A stretch of DNA of 64,000 nucleotides from Eledone cirrhosa (GCA_964016885.1 OZ024740.1:87978001-88042000), one strand, 5' to 3'; positions 1 through 14,050 are shown, numbered from the stretch's first letter. Notes: a model not told the origin generated them from the sequence alone. Translations and numbers: made by a program.

Positions 1-116
1 ATCGACCCCATGATGGATGAAATGTAAAGTTGAACTGAGGAGTGATTTTAAACTCAAGACATTCTATCGCAAGGTAGTGTAGGTGCGACCTAACGATTCT
101 ACCCCCTGATTCCACG
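1..116 (-). mobile_element. Degenerate copy of the dominant tRNA-derived SINE, cut by the window edge
   Basis: ATCGACCCC..GGATGAAATGTAAAGTTGAAC..AACTCA matches the reverse complement of the SINE core seen about 25 times in the window. Confidence 0.7.
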
Positions 117-677
117 CCTTTATCTACATATAGTAACATTTACCATTTATTCAAAGCTGTGCTGTAGAAAACTGATCAGAATAAAAAAAAAAGCTTAACA
201 AAAACAGAATCAGCTTTCTCCTTTATTACGCTAAAGTGAAAGTATAGTGGACATTTTATTTTCCCCGATTGCCTGATGAGAAGACATTAGCAAAAACTAT
301 TTATAGCTCCGTATTTGTTTGTTTGTTTTAGTAATATTTCGTTGTTCTACATAATCGTCCATGAATAATTTACACTAAGCGAAACTGATCTAAATTCCCA
401 ATTATTAACGATAAAATTGAGACACATCATTCAAAACACACACACCCACACCCACACGCTCAAATACACGCACACATACGTTCGCATGCACACATATTCT
501 ACCTGTTGATTGAATATATTAATTTCATTACCTTTGGATTTGCAGGTGGTAATTAGGTCAATTGGAATACATCGACTCTTGTTGATTGATTTCTTTCGTC
601 TGCCATTATCAAAGCTATTTCGTCCTCTAGCATAATAACATCCCTATGCGAGCTTAGCTTAGATTTCTTCTTTACGT

Positions 678-835
<158 letters not shown>

Positions 836-942
836 CTGTCTCTCTATCGATCAATCAATCTATTTATCGGTTTATTTGTCTGCCTGTCTATCAATCTCTC
901 TCTCGCCCCCCACCCTTTCTCTCTCTCTCTATATATATATAT

Positions 943-1000
943 GAAAATGCTCAAGACCCCGACGGCAGAGCTCAAGCTGTTTCGACATCTATTTCTGGAC
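943..1000. repeat. Short dispersed structured repeat (motif K), copy 1
   Basis: GACCCCGACGGCAGAGCTCAAGCTGTTTCGAC..ATTTCTGGA recurs at 6315-6374 (inverted), 35490-35537 and 58818-58865, always beside (TA)n. Confidence 0.85.
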
Positions 1001-1655
1001 AAATATATTTATGTTTTGTTATAATCCTTTATTATTCATTCATTCCTATATTATTCTCAACTCAGTAAAATATGCTCCACTAGGGAAAAGGTAAGGAGCC
1101 AATCGTGAGACCGAACCAAGGAAACAATGTTTTCATTAGTCTTTCTATTGCTGATAATGTCTGCCGGTCGCCTCTCTTGGTGAAATGAACAACTTACAAT
1201 AAAGTATTTTGCTAAAGAGCAGAACACACTGACTGGTCCATGAATCGAACAGTCCAGCACCTTAAACAATAGGCTCCGTGTCTTTACTAAGGAGGTTTAA
1301 TAAGACCGTAAGGTGTCCTTTGCTTCTTTCATCAGTTGGCTTTATTTAAACTTAAAGCTACTCCAGACTGCATTGTCTGTGTCAGGTTTAACCTGGAACT
1401 GCACAACAACAACAACAACAACAACAATAACAACACATCATCATCAACAATAACAATGCCATTAAATAGAATAATGTAATTATGAATATCATGCAATTTC
1501 TTTTGTAGAAAATTAGCTGGAAATAATAAAAGAAATGGAAGTGGCAGAGAAAAAAAAGAAGCCTAAATTAGTTCCTATCAGATATTTTATGTTTCTGAGG
1601 TCAACATTCTATTATGCGGGAATTGTTGGTTTAATATCCTCACTGTATGAAGTAA

Positions 1656-2092
1656 ATAATGGTTTCTGATTTAGGCACAAGGCCAACAATTTGGGTGAAG
1701 AGGAAAGTCGATTAAATCGACCGCATCGCATTACTGGTACTTTATTTTATCAACCCCGACGGGATTTGAACTCAGAATGTAAAGGACCGTAACTCAATGC
1801 CTCAAAACATGTTATCCGACGCTCTACCAATTCTGCCAATTCACCACCCTTGGAATAAATAATGGTTTCTTATATAGGCAGAAGGCTAGCAATTCCAATT
1901 CTTTTGGGGGGGGGGGGGGGGTAGTCGATTAAATCGACCCCAGTGCGTGACTGGTACTTTATTTTATCGACCCCATAAGGATGAAACGCAAAGATAACCT
2001 CGGCGGTATTTGAACTCAGATCATAAAGGGCCGTAACTCTATGCTGCAAAGCATGGTTCCCGACTCTACCGATATTGCCAATCCACCGCCAT
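1656..2092 (-). mobile_element. Two tandem copies of the dominant SINE
   Basis: GGCACAAGGCC..ACTGGTACTTTATTTTATCGACCCC..TTTGAACTCAGA..CTCTACC is present twice (1656-1850, 1856-2092). Confidence 0.9.
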
Positions 2093-2133
2093 ACTCTTAG
2101 AATAAATAATAAATAGTATATTACTACACAATG

Positions 2134-2296
2134 AAGGCGGCGAATTGTCAGAGTCGTTAGAACATAGGATAGAATACTTTGTGATATTCGTTCCGATTCT
2201 CTGTTCTCTGAGTTCAAATCCCACCGAGGTCAACTTTGTCTTTCATCCTTTCGAGGTCGATAAAAAGATATGCCAGTCAAGAACAGAGGTCGATTC
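2134..2296 (+). mobile_element. Diverged SINE copy
   Basis: GGCGGCGAATTGTCAGAGTCGTTAG head, B-box-like GAGTTCAAATCC, and core CTTTCATCCTTTCGAGGTCGATAAAA. Confidence 0.8.
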
Positions 2297-2845
2297 TTTC
2301 CCACTTTCATTCTCTCACTTTCTCTATCCTTCGCTGGAAGAAATCTGCTATATTCAGAGCTGGAGATTAGATGGGCTCTGCCAGGTTTTTAAAATCCACT
2401 AGAAACGTCGTATGTTAATACGGCATCACACGACATTGCACGCTTATTGCTACACACACATACACGCACAAATATACAACCACACCTACGCACACACATA
2501 CACACACTCATAAATGCACGCGAACACGTGCACATACACAGTGAGTGTTTACATCGAAGTTTAGCCAGTATTGGCTTCTCAAAACACTCCGTTTTGAGAA
2601 GTGTTTGCTTAAGGTATTTACGAACACAATCGTATAAAACATGTGGACACGCACACACACACACACATATATATATAGAGAGAGATATAGATATAGACAA
2701 ACACACTCACATACATCTTTGTATATAAACATATATCTCGGAGATACGTGTTTCGTTTCCTCGTAGTGGCTGATGGCAAATTCGTTTTCCATCTTTAAGG
2801 GTCTTCACACTATTGTATAAGCTGAGCGCACCACTTTTTATCTTA

Positions 2846-2887
<42 letters not shown>

Positions 2888-2889
<2 letters not shown>

Positions 2890-3041
2890 AATGTTTGTAT
2901 ATGTATAATAAAGCCAAAACAATGCAGGTATAGACATAGAATAAAGAATGCAAATGCAAAAGATATTGTTGACAATTAGTCTTTTACCTTAGATTTATTT
3001 CTGCATTGTTTTGGCTTTATTATACATATACAAACGTTTAT
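2888..3041. repeat. Fold-back (about 40 bp inverted arms, 2888-2927 / 3001-3041) between TA tracts
   Basis: TTTGTATATGTATAATAAAGCCAAAACAATGCAG and its exact reverse complement. Confidence 0.85.
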
Positions 3042-3080
3042 ACCTCATTACACAATGCTTCAAGTGAACTATAACTTCCT

Positions 3081-3529
<449 letters not shown>

Positions 3530-4186
3530 GGATATTATTTATAGTTATGTATATTTTAAACTCCCCTTAATTGCATACCTACTTCAGGATAATAAACCGC
3601 TGTAAATTCTCGCAGCAGACAGAACCTATTCTATAAATATGGATTAAATAACACTGAGCCTCAATACGTTACAATCATTTACTACATCAAACATTCAATA
3701 CGAATTCATCGTAACATATGTCATGGATGTGAAAACTATAACTTCCTTTTTCTGGATGTGAAAATGGTGGTGGATGTGAAAACTATAACTTTCTTTTTTT
3801 TTTCTTTTCCTGCACACATACTTATTTGATCTATACAAACAATACCCTCTCACTACAACCACCATAATACTCTTGCTTACCCGCTTAAAGTGCTTGTATT
3901 ACACATAATACCTTGCTCTTATATAAATGAGACACACTTTCATGCTCTATGTATGACTAACGCATACACCACCTACTAGATCTGATTATCAGACTATTCT
4001 CTTGCATTATCTGTGTTATCTGCCGCATGTATTTTAATTTTAATTTTGATTCTAAATTTGAATTGCTATGCAAATATAGTATAGTATAATATATGTCACT
4101 CCACTGTACATCAATATATATATATATGTATCTGTATGTCCCTTGCGTTGAATAGGAGGTCAATTATATGTACAAGCATTAAAAAA

Positions 4187-4233
4187 TGCTCCGAAGACTC
4201 CAAGCCTAGATTTGGATGGAACAATTGTAAGTG
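4187..4233 (+). ncRNA. Hammerhead-like fold (type I, one core mutation)
   Basis: TGCT-CCGAAGA-C-TCCAAG/TTTGGA-T-GGAA (for GAAA), palindromic stem III ACAATTGT, A17, stem I partner AGTG, then AATAAA. Lies at the 3' end of the TA-flanked segment 3526-4268. Confidence 0.6.
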
Positions 4234-4268
4234 AATAAATGTTTTGAACATAGCTTTGATTCTTGTGA

Positions 4269-4302
<34 letters not shown>

Positions 4303-4719
4303 TATGTATATAAAGATATATATTTATACAACAATCTTTTTCTTTGGTCTTTTTTTTATCATTTATTCATTTATATTACCTCTGAATAAGTACAATATGT
4401 GATTATATTTTGCTATATTCAATATATTTTCTTCCATCTTCTTTTACTATATTATTATAGCATAAGTATTAGTTAATTATTTGTATTGAAACATTTGTAA
4501 GGTTATTAAATGATTTAAGAAACCTATACTATCATCTTAATATGTTGAATAAGCTCTATTTCTTCTTTTATTAAACATTCCTTCTATATTTCTCTCAATA
4601 ATGGCATTGAGCTTAAAAATATTATCAACATCTTTTATGCGTGAGCCTCCTATCTGTCATTGGGAGCCATGGGATGGACACACAAAGGTTGCGTATCCCG
4701 ACATCACAAAAATAGTTCG

Positions 4720-5215
4720 GAAGGAAGCAAATCGTAACAACTAGAACCTGGAACATCACATCCCTTACAGGTAAGGAACATGACTAGTGGAGGAGGTTAG
4801 ATGTTACCGGTTACATATAGTAAGGGTTTCCTCAACAAAGTTATGTGGCTTTAGTACTGTAGATTTGGATGAAAAATAGAAACTCCACTATTCAGCTGTG
4901 GTGCCAGAAATGAGTTGCACAGGTGGGAGTGGAGATACTCTCAAGCCCCGGCTATCAAAATGTGTTATGAATTGAATCCTATTGACAGGGAGGACTTACC
5001 TCTTGAAGTTTAGGTTGAAAGATAGGCCTCTGAGTGTGGTGCAAGTCTCTGTACCATACACAGAGTCTGAATGCAGTAACTTCCTTGATGAAGTCACAGC
5101 AGCGTTAGATCTAGCTAACACTGAGTCATATATTTTAATAGGAGACTTCAATGCTCTGAACCGCTGAGATTGAAAGGAGTGATCGGAAGGAAAGGCAATC
5201 CCGATCTAAAGACGG
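4720..5215 (+). pseudogene. RTE-clade LINE AP-endonuclease remnant
   Basis: Broken frames read TWNITSLTGKE..LVEEV..SSTK..GVG..ILIGDFNA..GVIGRKGNPDL. Confidence 0.75.
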
Positions 5216-5471
5216 GATTAGGAACTCAGGACCTGGAATGCTGTTGCTATTGCGTACGTATTCAGAGAACTCCCTCAACAGAGGACGTTGAAATGGAGTG
5301 GATGCTTTAAAGTGGATATTTTAAATCACCCCCCCCCCCCACACACACACAGACACACACACACAGACACACACACACACACACAGACACACACACAGAC
5401 ACACACAAATACACACACACACACATATATATAAATATATATATATATATGTTTATACACAGAACAAGTAA

Positions 5472-5521
5472 ACCACTACCTTAGGTTTCAAGATGCATTT
5501 ATGACCATCTCCTCAGATTGT
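5472..5521 (-). ncRNA. Degenerate hammerhead-like fold
   Basis: Minus strand ACAAT-CTGAGGA-GATG..CATC-TT-GAA-ACC/GGT-A-GTGGT; stem I has one mismatch. Confidence 0.5.
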
Positions 5522-6314
5522 GCACGGTGGTGCAGAATACGCGGAGGAGTGATCAGAACCGTTAACCAGTTATCATGCCCAGGGACGAGTTTGAAAATGC
5601 CGTTAAATGTATAGCGTGTATTTATTTATTTAGTTATTTATTTATCTATTTGTTTATGATATATTACAAATGGGAAATAACTCATTAAGGAAAATTGAAA
5701 TGTGTCAGTGTGTTCGCTATTGTATGTGGTATATAAATTTGTATTTATGAGTGTGTGTATGTTTCTCTGGGTATTGAGTATTGTAGGTAGTGTGTGGCGC
5801 TATGAGGGTATTAACATATGTGTATGCGTATTAAACAATGAAAGAATAAGACAGGTTAGAAAGAATAAGGGAAGTAGTAAATTAATCCATTGTTTTACGA
5901 TCGTTCCTGAGAGTACAAATATTGATGTGTAGACGAACTAATGGCAGTTATGCAACTCCGTACCTTTAGCATGGAAAGGTAAATCCTTTCTGCTCCCTAT
6001 CCTTTGGGAAGCAAAATGTAAGTGCTTTTTTGGGGCTAATGTTATGGAGTTGCATCACATAGAAAATTGTGCTATCTGAAACGATCCTAAAATGGATGGA
6101 TTAACTACTTCTATTTGTCTTCTAACATCTAACTCTGTAGTTTTTAATACCCAACAATGCACGAGAGTATCATCTGTCCACGAAGATAGATTTTACTTTG
6201 CTTCGATAGGGGGATTAACGTTAACATCATATCGAGTTCTAGAATGGTTATAAATCCTACCTGAATTTGATGCACACACACACACACACACATACACAGA
6301 CACAGATATATATA

Positions 6315-6369
6315 TTTCCAGAAATAGCCGTCGAAACAGCTTGAGCTCTGCCGTCAGGGTCCTGAACAT

Positions 6370-6374
<5 letters not shown>
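6315..6374. repeat. Motif K copy 2 (inverted relative to 943-1000)
   Basis: TCCAGAAATAGCCGTCGAAACAGCTTGAGCTCTGCCGTCAGGGTC. Confidence 0.85.
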
Positions 6375-6449
<75 letters not shown>

Positions 6450-6456
6450 GTATATA

Positions 6457-6513
<57 letters not shown>

Positions 6514-6575
6514 GTATATATATATGTATATATATATATATATATATACATATGTATATATATATGTATATATAT

Positions 6576-8782
6576 TTGGGTATCGCCAAATTCTGAGCAC
6601 CGAAACGAGATTGATTACATCTTGGTCGACAAGCGACGCATACTACAAGACGTCTCCGTCATAACGCCATTCCACACTGGCAGTGATCATCGTCTGGTGA
6701 GGGCGAGGGTCGTCATCGACCGGACGAGGGAGAAGAAGACGCTGCATTTGGCGTCGAAAGGAGAACACGTCCGGGTCTTCAATGAGGCGCAGCTGCAGGA
6801 AGCCGTTATGCAGGAAAAGTGGCGTCAAGGAGACGGCATAGACGCTGACTACGACTCACTGATAGGGAAACTGAAGGAGTGCTTGAGGAAGGCTAAGGAT
6901 GTGTGCCCGAGGGATCGGAAGGGAAGAGTCTCGGAGGAAACTATGAAGTTGCTTAAGAAGAGGAAGAATATGAAGAGGACACCTGAAGATCACCTCGAAT
7001 ATTCCCTTCTCAGCAGAGTGATACGTCAACAACTGAAGAGAGACTTCGAGGCATACCGGATGGAGAAGCTCCTGAAGGCCGCAAAGGAAAAGAAGAGCCT
7101 CAAGAAATGCGAAAGGGACATGACAATGTACAGATCGGGGGTGACGACCCTGAAAAACACAGCTGGAGTACCGGTCAGCGACAAGAGTGAGGTGGAAAAG
7201 GTTTGCGATGACTTCTACACCAAGCTCTTCAAGTCTGCCGGGAATGTGCAGCCGTTGCCGTCACTCCAACAGGAAGAAAATGTGCCACCCATCCTTGTCG
7301 GTGAGGTCGAAAGAGCCGTCGGCTTGATGAAAAGCGGAAAGTCACTAGGGAAAGACGGCATAACATCGGAGGTGTTGAAGTCAGGCGGAGAGCAGCTCTG
7401 GAAAATCCTCGCCGAGCGATTCACACACTATCTGGACGAGGGAAGAATACCCTCGCAGTGGAAAGAGTCGAATACCATCCTGCTATACAAGAAGGGCGAT
7501 AGAGAAGATCTAAAGAACTACCGACCCATATGCCTGCTGTCTCACGTGTACAAGCTGTTCACGAAGATAATCCTGAACAGGTTATCACGTCATCTGGACG
7601 AACAGCAACCGAGAGAGCAAGCCGGCTTCCGGAAAAACTACAGCACGATGGACCACATATTTACTCATATTGACACAACTGCTTGAGCGAGCAAAAGAGT
7701 ACAAGATGCCTCTTTGCGTCGCGTTTCTTAGACTCGAGAAGGCCTTCGATAGCATCGAAATCAACGCAGTGCTGAACTCGCTGCAGAGGCAAGGAGTCGA
7801 GGCGAAATACGTTCACCTGCTCAGGGAGGCGAGTTCCGGATGCCCCACCGACATAGCTCTGCTGTCATCACCCGTACGAGTGCCGGTCGAGAAGGAAGTG
7901 AATCAAGGAGATACGATCTCTCCAAAACTTTTAACCGCGTGTCTCGAGCAGATCATCAGAGGCATTGACTGGCAAGGCGGTATCAACATCAACGGCGAGA
8001 TACTTACCCACCTCCGTTTCGCCGATGACATCGTTCTCATCGCTGAAACCACGGATCAGCTTCAGACCTTGCTGACGGAGTTCAACATCAAAAGCTCTGC
8101 AGTAGACCTCAAGATGAACCACATGAAAACGAAGTTCATGCGATCCGACAACGTACCAACAGGTCGAATGGTGATTCGCCGTGATGAAATAGAGGAGGTG
8201 GAGGAATACGTCTACCTGGGACAAGAAGTGAACATGCGCCGAGACATTGAGAGGGAGATCTCGTGGAGAGTAAGGGCCGGATGGAAGGCGTTCAACGGCA
8301 TAAGGGATGTGCTCAAGGGGAGATTCGACAAGACCACCCGCGCCAACCTCTTCAATAGCACAGTTTTACCTGCAATGTTATATGGCAGTGAAACTTGGGC
8401 TACAACGAAGAGAGAAGGGCAGAGGCTGGTAACGGCTCAAAGAGCCATGGAGAGATCAATGATAGGAATCTCGTTGAGAGAGCACACCAGGAGCGAAGTC
8501 ATCAGACAGAAGTCCGGCGTGAGGGACGTCATCACGGAATATATGCGCAGCAAGTTCAGATGGGCTGGACACGTCGCCCGGTTCACAGATAATCGGTGGA
8601 CCCGCGCAGTTGCCGAGTGGTACGCGCGCGAGCGGAAACGACCACTCGGAAGGCCTCCACGAGGGTGGAGTTACGATTTTAAGAATACGATTGGGAATAC
8701 ATGGATGAGGAAAGAACGATCCAGAGAGAAATGGACGGCGTGCTGTGACCAGCGGCGCTGAATGGACGCCCGACAGACGTCT
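6576..8782 (+). mobile_element. 5'-truncated RTE-clade LINE (APE C-terminus + RT), one frameshift near 7670, inserted in (TA)n
   Basis: [71 protein letters not shown] in ORFs 6448-7686 and 7670-8761. The YI-repeat N-terminus is flanking microsatellite. Confidence 0.95.
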
Positions 8783-8806
8783 ATATATATATATATATAT
8801 ATAGAC

Positions 8807-8875
<69 letters not shown>

Positions 8876-8923
8876 AGACGTAAGATAATAAAATTATAAA
8901 ATTAACTTACTTACTAAAATATC

Positions 8924-9005
8924 ACTTCCAACTAATTAGTTTCTGGAATGGAGTAGATACATCTTCCGAAGAAGGTGTAGAGAAACATCCCGTCATCAGG
9001 AAAGT
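8924..9005 (-). ncRNA. Extended-stem-II type I hammerhead, family E
   Basis: ACTTTC-CTGATGA-C-GGGATG-TTTCTC-TACAC-CTTC(TTCG)GAAG-ATGTA-TCTACTC-CATTCC-A-GAA-ACTAATTAGT-T-GGAAGT. Confidence 0.85.
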
Positions 9006-9659
9006 CAATTCTCATATAAGTTCCAGGCAAAGCGAGGACACTGGAAGCTTATTAAAAATAAATCAGTGAATAGGAAATAGCAAAGCGTGGATTTACTTCC
9101 TAGCCATTGAGAAAATCACTGCCTCTGTGTCTGTGGCAAATTCAAAAAGAATCGAACACGTGACATCTAGGTCAATCGGTGGAAAGTGGGTTGTTAATAA
9201 GACAGCGGCTAGCCTGCTACCGTAGCAGCAGTCATGGCCAGTATTGCTCGACAAATATTTTGGAGATAATAATAAAGAATTTATATCTAGTAACATATAT
9301 ATACATACAAATGCATATCGATGCTAGCAAATATATAGGTTTTGTCTTAATAACATTGTTGTTCAATGCATGGGGTTGCAGAACAATAATATAAGAGACG
9401 TAAAATAAGAAAATTATAAAATTAACTTACTTACTAAAATATCACTTCCAACTAATTAGTTTCTGGAATGGAGTAGATACATCTTCCGGTGATATTTTAG
9501 TAAGTAAGTTAATTTTATAATTTTCTTATTTTACGTCTCTTATATTATTGTTCTGCAACCCCATGCATTGAACCACAATGTTATTAAGACAAAACCTATA
9601 TATTTGCTAGCATCGATATGCATCTGTATGTATATATATGTTACTAGATATAAATTCTT

Positions 9660-9712
<53 letters not shown>

Positions 9713-10021
9713 TCTGTATGTATATATATGTTACTAGATATTAATTTTTTATAATTATCTCCAAATTATTTGTCGAACAATATTGGCCAAGACTGCTGCT
9801 ATGGTAGCAGGCAGGCCGCTGTCTTATTAACAAACCACTTTCCACTGATTGACCTCGATGTCACGTGATTGATTCTTTTTGAATTTGCCACAGACGCAGA
9901 GGCAGCGATTTTCTCAATGGCTAGGTATTCAGTCCACGCTTTGCTATTTTCTATCCACTGAATTATTTTTGAATAAGTTTCCAGAGTCCACGCTTTGCCT
10001 GGATACTTAGCTGAGAATAGT

Positions 10022-10101
10022 CTTCCCTGACGACGAAATGATTCTCTATATTTTCTTCGGAAAGTATATTTATTCCATTTCAGAAACTAATTAGTTGGGA
10101 G
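10022..10101 (+). ncRNA. Extended-stem-II type I hammerhead, family E
   Basis: CTTCC-CTGACGA-C-GAAATG-ATTCTC-TATA-TTTTC(TTCG)GAAAG-TATA-TTTATTC-CATTTC-A-GAA-ACTAATTAGT-T-GGGAG. Confidence 0.85.
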
Positions 10102-10288
10102 TGAAATTTTAGTAAGTAAGTTAATTTTATAATTTTCTTATTTTACGTCTCTCATATTATTGTTCTGCAACCCCATGCATTGAACCACAAAGTTACTAAG
10201 ACAAAACCTATATATTTGCTAGCATTGATATACATCTGTATGTATATATATGTTACTAGATATTAATTCTTTATATATATTGACACCC

Positions 10289-10339
10289 AGCTTCCTGAAG
10301 ATTTCATCTGAATGAAACAGTACTAGTCCTGTAGAAGCT
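10289..10339 (+). ncRNA. Type I hammerhead, family A (element 10281-10433)
   Basis: AGCTTC-CTGAAGA-T-TTC(ATCT)GAA-T-GAA-ACAG(TACTAGTC)CTGT-A-GAAGCT; GUA site; AATAAA downstream. Confidence 0.85.
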
Positions 10340-10430
10340 CCTTCTATAAAATAAAAAAAATTTACTCTGCCATGTATTGAGTACCTTACTTACTGTGGTT
10401 ATCCTCGACTCAACCCGAGACCTACGTATT

Positions 10431-10547
<117 letters not shown>

Positions 10548-10779
10548 TATATACATGTACATACATCATATATGTCAATAGTCAATGATTGAGTCACAGT
10601 GAGTTGATTTATTCTGCTACGCGTAGCTGCCAAATCACTTACTGTATTATGAATTTACATTCTACCAGGGTTAACTTTGCTCTTCATTCTTCAGAGTTCA
10701 ATAAATAATTCTTCTCTGTTTTCGCCTCGTTCGCCTCTCTCTTCTTTTCGGAATTAACTAGGTTATGTCTTGTGTTGGG

Positions 10780-13700
10780 TTGTGTTCGTGCTTTGCATTG
10801 AAGAATTGGTCAAGGGCCAATTTCGCCGCAAGTACATCGGTCGCGATGCCTTTACTAAGCGCCTCGTCTAATTTTCTAACTAGTTCTCCCTCTGCTCTAT
10901 TTTTCTCTATTGTTAAAGCCTTACTAAACCTAATGGACTCTATTCTAAAGGCTATTTTCAGAGCAAACCACCATTTGTTGTTGACGATGGCTCCCGTCAA
11001 CGCCCGCTTAATTAGTTCGCTAATCCAGTCTCTGTAGGCCTTGCGTGCTGTTAACGACGCGTTTAGCTTCCAGTAGCCGGGTCCTTCTCACAGATCACAA
11101 ATTTGTGGTCCGTGTAGTCGACTATTTTGAAATGTGGACAGCCTATGCTAGACCTATCTATTTCCCTACAAAATACCCTATCTAGATATGATCTGGATGA
11201 CCCGATGCGGTTTGTCCAAGTCCACATTGGCACATTCGGGAAATCCAGACGGTACCTGTCAGACAGTTGAAACCGTCTGAGCAGGTTGTTGAGGCTTTTA
11301 CACGCTCCTCCCCTATCCGCTAATCCCACACAGTCCAAGCGTGCATCTAAGATCCCGTTCCAGTCGCCCACTAACACTAAAGAGCGGGACATTCTAAGAA
11401 ATGTCTCCGGACGCCGGAATAAATCAGGCCGCCCTGCTCCTGTCGAGGCATAGACGGCCACTATCCTGAAAGCTTGCCCGTCTCCGCTGGCCACGTCCAG
11501 CACCACCAACTTACCTTTTGGGTCAAGGAAGATGGCCCGTATGGCGAGATCCAAGCCTCTTCGAAAAAGCAAAGGATGCTTTTTCCGTCCTTCTCACTGC
11601 TTGTGGCCTCCTCCGCAAGGATGTCTTTATAAATCCTCCTGGAGAGTGTCCGTCAGAAGTCTCCGATGACCTTGGGGAATTTTAATTTTAGTGTCGTGTA
11701 CGTTTTCTGTATGATGCGAGTGATTTGTATGTGTGGAGGTGGTGTGAATTTTTGGGTGTTGTGTAGTCCCTTTCTGTGATGCTAGTGTCGTGTTGGATGT
11801 AGTGTAATAATTGGTTGATGTTCTAATTTAATTGTTTCTACTTTTGGCACAAGGCCAGCAATTATCCCAGTCTTCTTCTTCTTGGTACTTTATTTTATCG
11901 ACCCCGTAAGGGAAAGGCAAAGTTAACCTTGGCGGGATTTGAACTCTGACCATAAAGGGCCGTAACTCTTTGCTGCAAAGCATGGCGTCCGACTCTCTAC
12001 CGATACTGCCAATCCACCGTTCAAATTTAATGATGTGTAGTTTGTATCGTTTTGGTTGCTTTGTTTTTTTTGCGTTTGTTGTGAGTTTGTTTCTGTTTCG
12101 CTTGTTGGTGATTTTTGTGGTGTTGGTGATGGTGGTGTTGGGGTTAATGATGGTGTTGGTGGTGGTGTTGGGGTTAATGATGGTGTTGGTGCTGGTGATG
12201 CTGGTCTGGGTGGTGGCATAGCTGTCTTAACTTTTTTGTTAGTTTGTTTGTTTCACCCTGCATTTTGTTTTTGGAGGGCGAAGGAAGAGAATTTTTTCTT
12301 TTTTGGGTTCTTTTTCTTTTTTTTCTTTTTTCCAGATACAGTTTCCCACTCCTCGTCGTCACAATCTGTCTCCAGTTGCGATAGGTCGGGGATGGAAAAT
12401 CCTCCACAGGCGTTGGTTTTAGTTGTGGCGTGGTGGATGGTGGAGGCGCTGGTGCTAATTCTGGCGCGGTGGTGGTGGTGTTGGTTTTGCTACTGTTGCT
12501 GCTACAGTTGCTGGGGTTATTGCTGCTACAGTTGCTTCTGTTGTTGCTGCTACAGTTGTTGCTGCCATTTCTGCTGCTGGTTTGATGGTTGAATCACTGG
12601 GGTGGGTAGGAGAAGTGGTCTCAACCTTTTAGCCTGAGGGCAGAAAGCCTTTAGGTGGGTTCCTTCGCCACAAACGACACACCTAGGCCTTCTACCCTCA
12701 ACGATTACGGTGAGGTGGCTGCCGTCATTGAGGTCTATCACCTCTGGAATTTCCTCTATGTATTTTTGGTCCGCTTGGATCAGGAGCTCCATCCCAGATC
12801 CGGACCAGTTCTCCTGCTTTACATTTGTTACTTCAATTACTTTAGTGTTGGCCTCGATGTCGGCGAGGACGGCAGCCATTAGCAAGGGAATTTCAATGGG
12901 CGGCGGAACGTTGGTCACCCTGATCTTCACGAGTCTCTGACCACAATAGCTTGCGACGAGTGTGAACTCGTCACTTCTTAATGTGTCCATGGAGTGCTCT
13001 CTGGCTTCCTGTGGAGTTCCAAAGAATACGTCCACAGTTCCATATTTCTGCCCACGTCTGATGTGGGTTTTTTGCGCCCACACGTGTCACAAAAGCCTTT
13101 GGTATCTGGGACTCGGATGCCCGTTCCACTCGGCGTGATTTTGTGTTTATCGTCCGATATGACACGGTACATAGGCGCCGATGTTCCATTTTATCGAGGG
13201 GGGGGGGGGTGAGGCTGACCCTGTACCCATCTTTTTTTACCATTCCCTTGGCTTCATTCAATTCATCCTGGCTTACCTCGATTGTTTCTCTTTTCTTGGC
13301 TGCTTTGGCAAACGACACATTTTGTTTTGCGCTGGTGTTGATGTTGCTGTTATTCTCATTGTTGTTGTTGTTGCTGTTGTTGTTATTGTTATTTTTAGTT
13401 TCAGTTGTAGTGGTGGTGATGGTGGTGGTGTCAGTGGTGTTCAGCGTGAAAGAGTCGAGTCTGGGTGAATCCATTTCGATGTCATGAGATAATAATTTAT
13501 TTTTTGTTTCTGTTGTCGCTGTGGTGGTGGTGGTGGTGGTATCAGTGGTGTTGGTTGTTCTTTTTGACATTGTGAAGGTGGGGATGGCGGCTTTAACACC
13601 TTTAGCTGTTGCTAATGGCTGGAAATCCATGTCTGTGTGCGGCAAATCTAAATAATTGAGACTGCTATTAATTATATTTTCAGTGTTGCCAACCGTGGCA

Positions 13701-13975
13701 AGGTTTAGAATGGTGGTGGAGGTGGTGGTGGATGTTAGTCTGTTATTAACAGGAGATTTGTCGTCCATGTTTTTTTCAAAGAAATATTTTGTTTGATGAA
13801 TAAAATTTTAAATTTTGTGCTCATGGCCCCAATATTATTGAGTGTCCTTTTCAGAAAGCAATATATGTGAACTTATAAACACTTAACAACAAACATTTTC
13901 TACAACTGGCAATTTGAAACAACTGAAAACAACAAACCTTTGTGGAGCTCACGATAATACGATTTCCTACGTAGG
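10780..13975 (-). mobile_element. Tx1-like LINE 5' half: 5'UTR, frameshifted ORF1 with zinc knuckle, APE part of ORF2; SINE inserted
   Basis: ORF1 pieces 13768-12971 and 13083-12550 with CVVCGEGTHLKAFC (CCHC). ORF2 piece 11572-11063 with VAVYA, LVGDWN, WTW, SYLDRVF, TDHK. Confidence 0.88.
11830..12020 (-). mobile_element. Dominant SINE nested in the Tx1 element
   Basis: Full head-core-tail match. Confidence 0.9.
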
Positions 13976-14050
13976 TCACCAATAATAATAATAATAATTG
14001 TTTCTACTTTAGGCACAAGGCCAGCAATTACCCAGTGCATTACAATAATA

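Larger units (their letters stand above)
8871..10272. mobile_element. Hammerhead element family E array: minus 1.2-mer (period 520), short fold-back, TA tract, plus 1.1-mer (period 522)
   Basis: ATAAGAGACG block at 8871 repeats at 9391; CATCTGTATG at 9711 repeats at 10233; 9490-9663 is an inverted copy. No credible ORF. Confidence 0.85.

Noticed and set aside
1057-1269. ORF ending LVEHILLS as a LINE zinc-knuckle remnant
   Set aside because: Only a few residues resemble the motif, which is insufficient to call.
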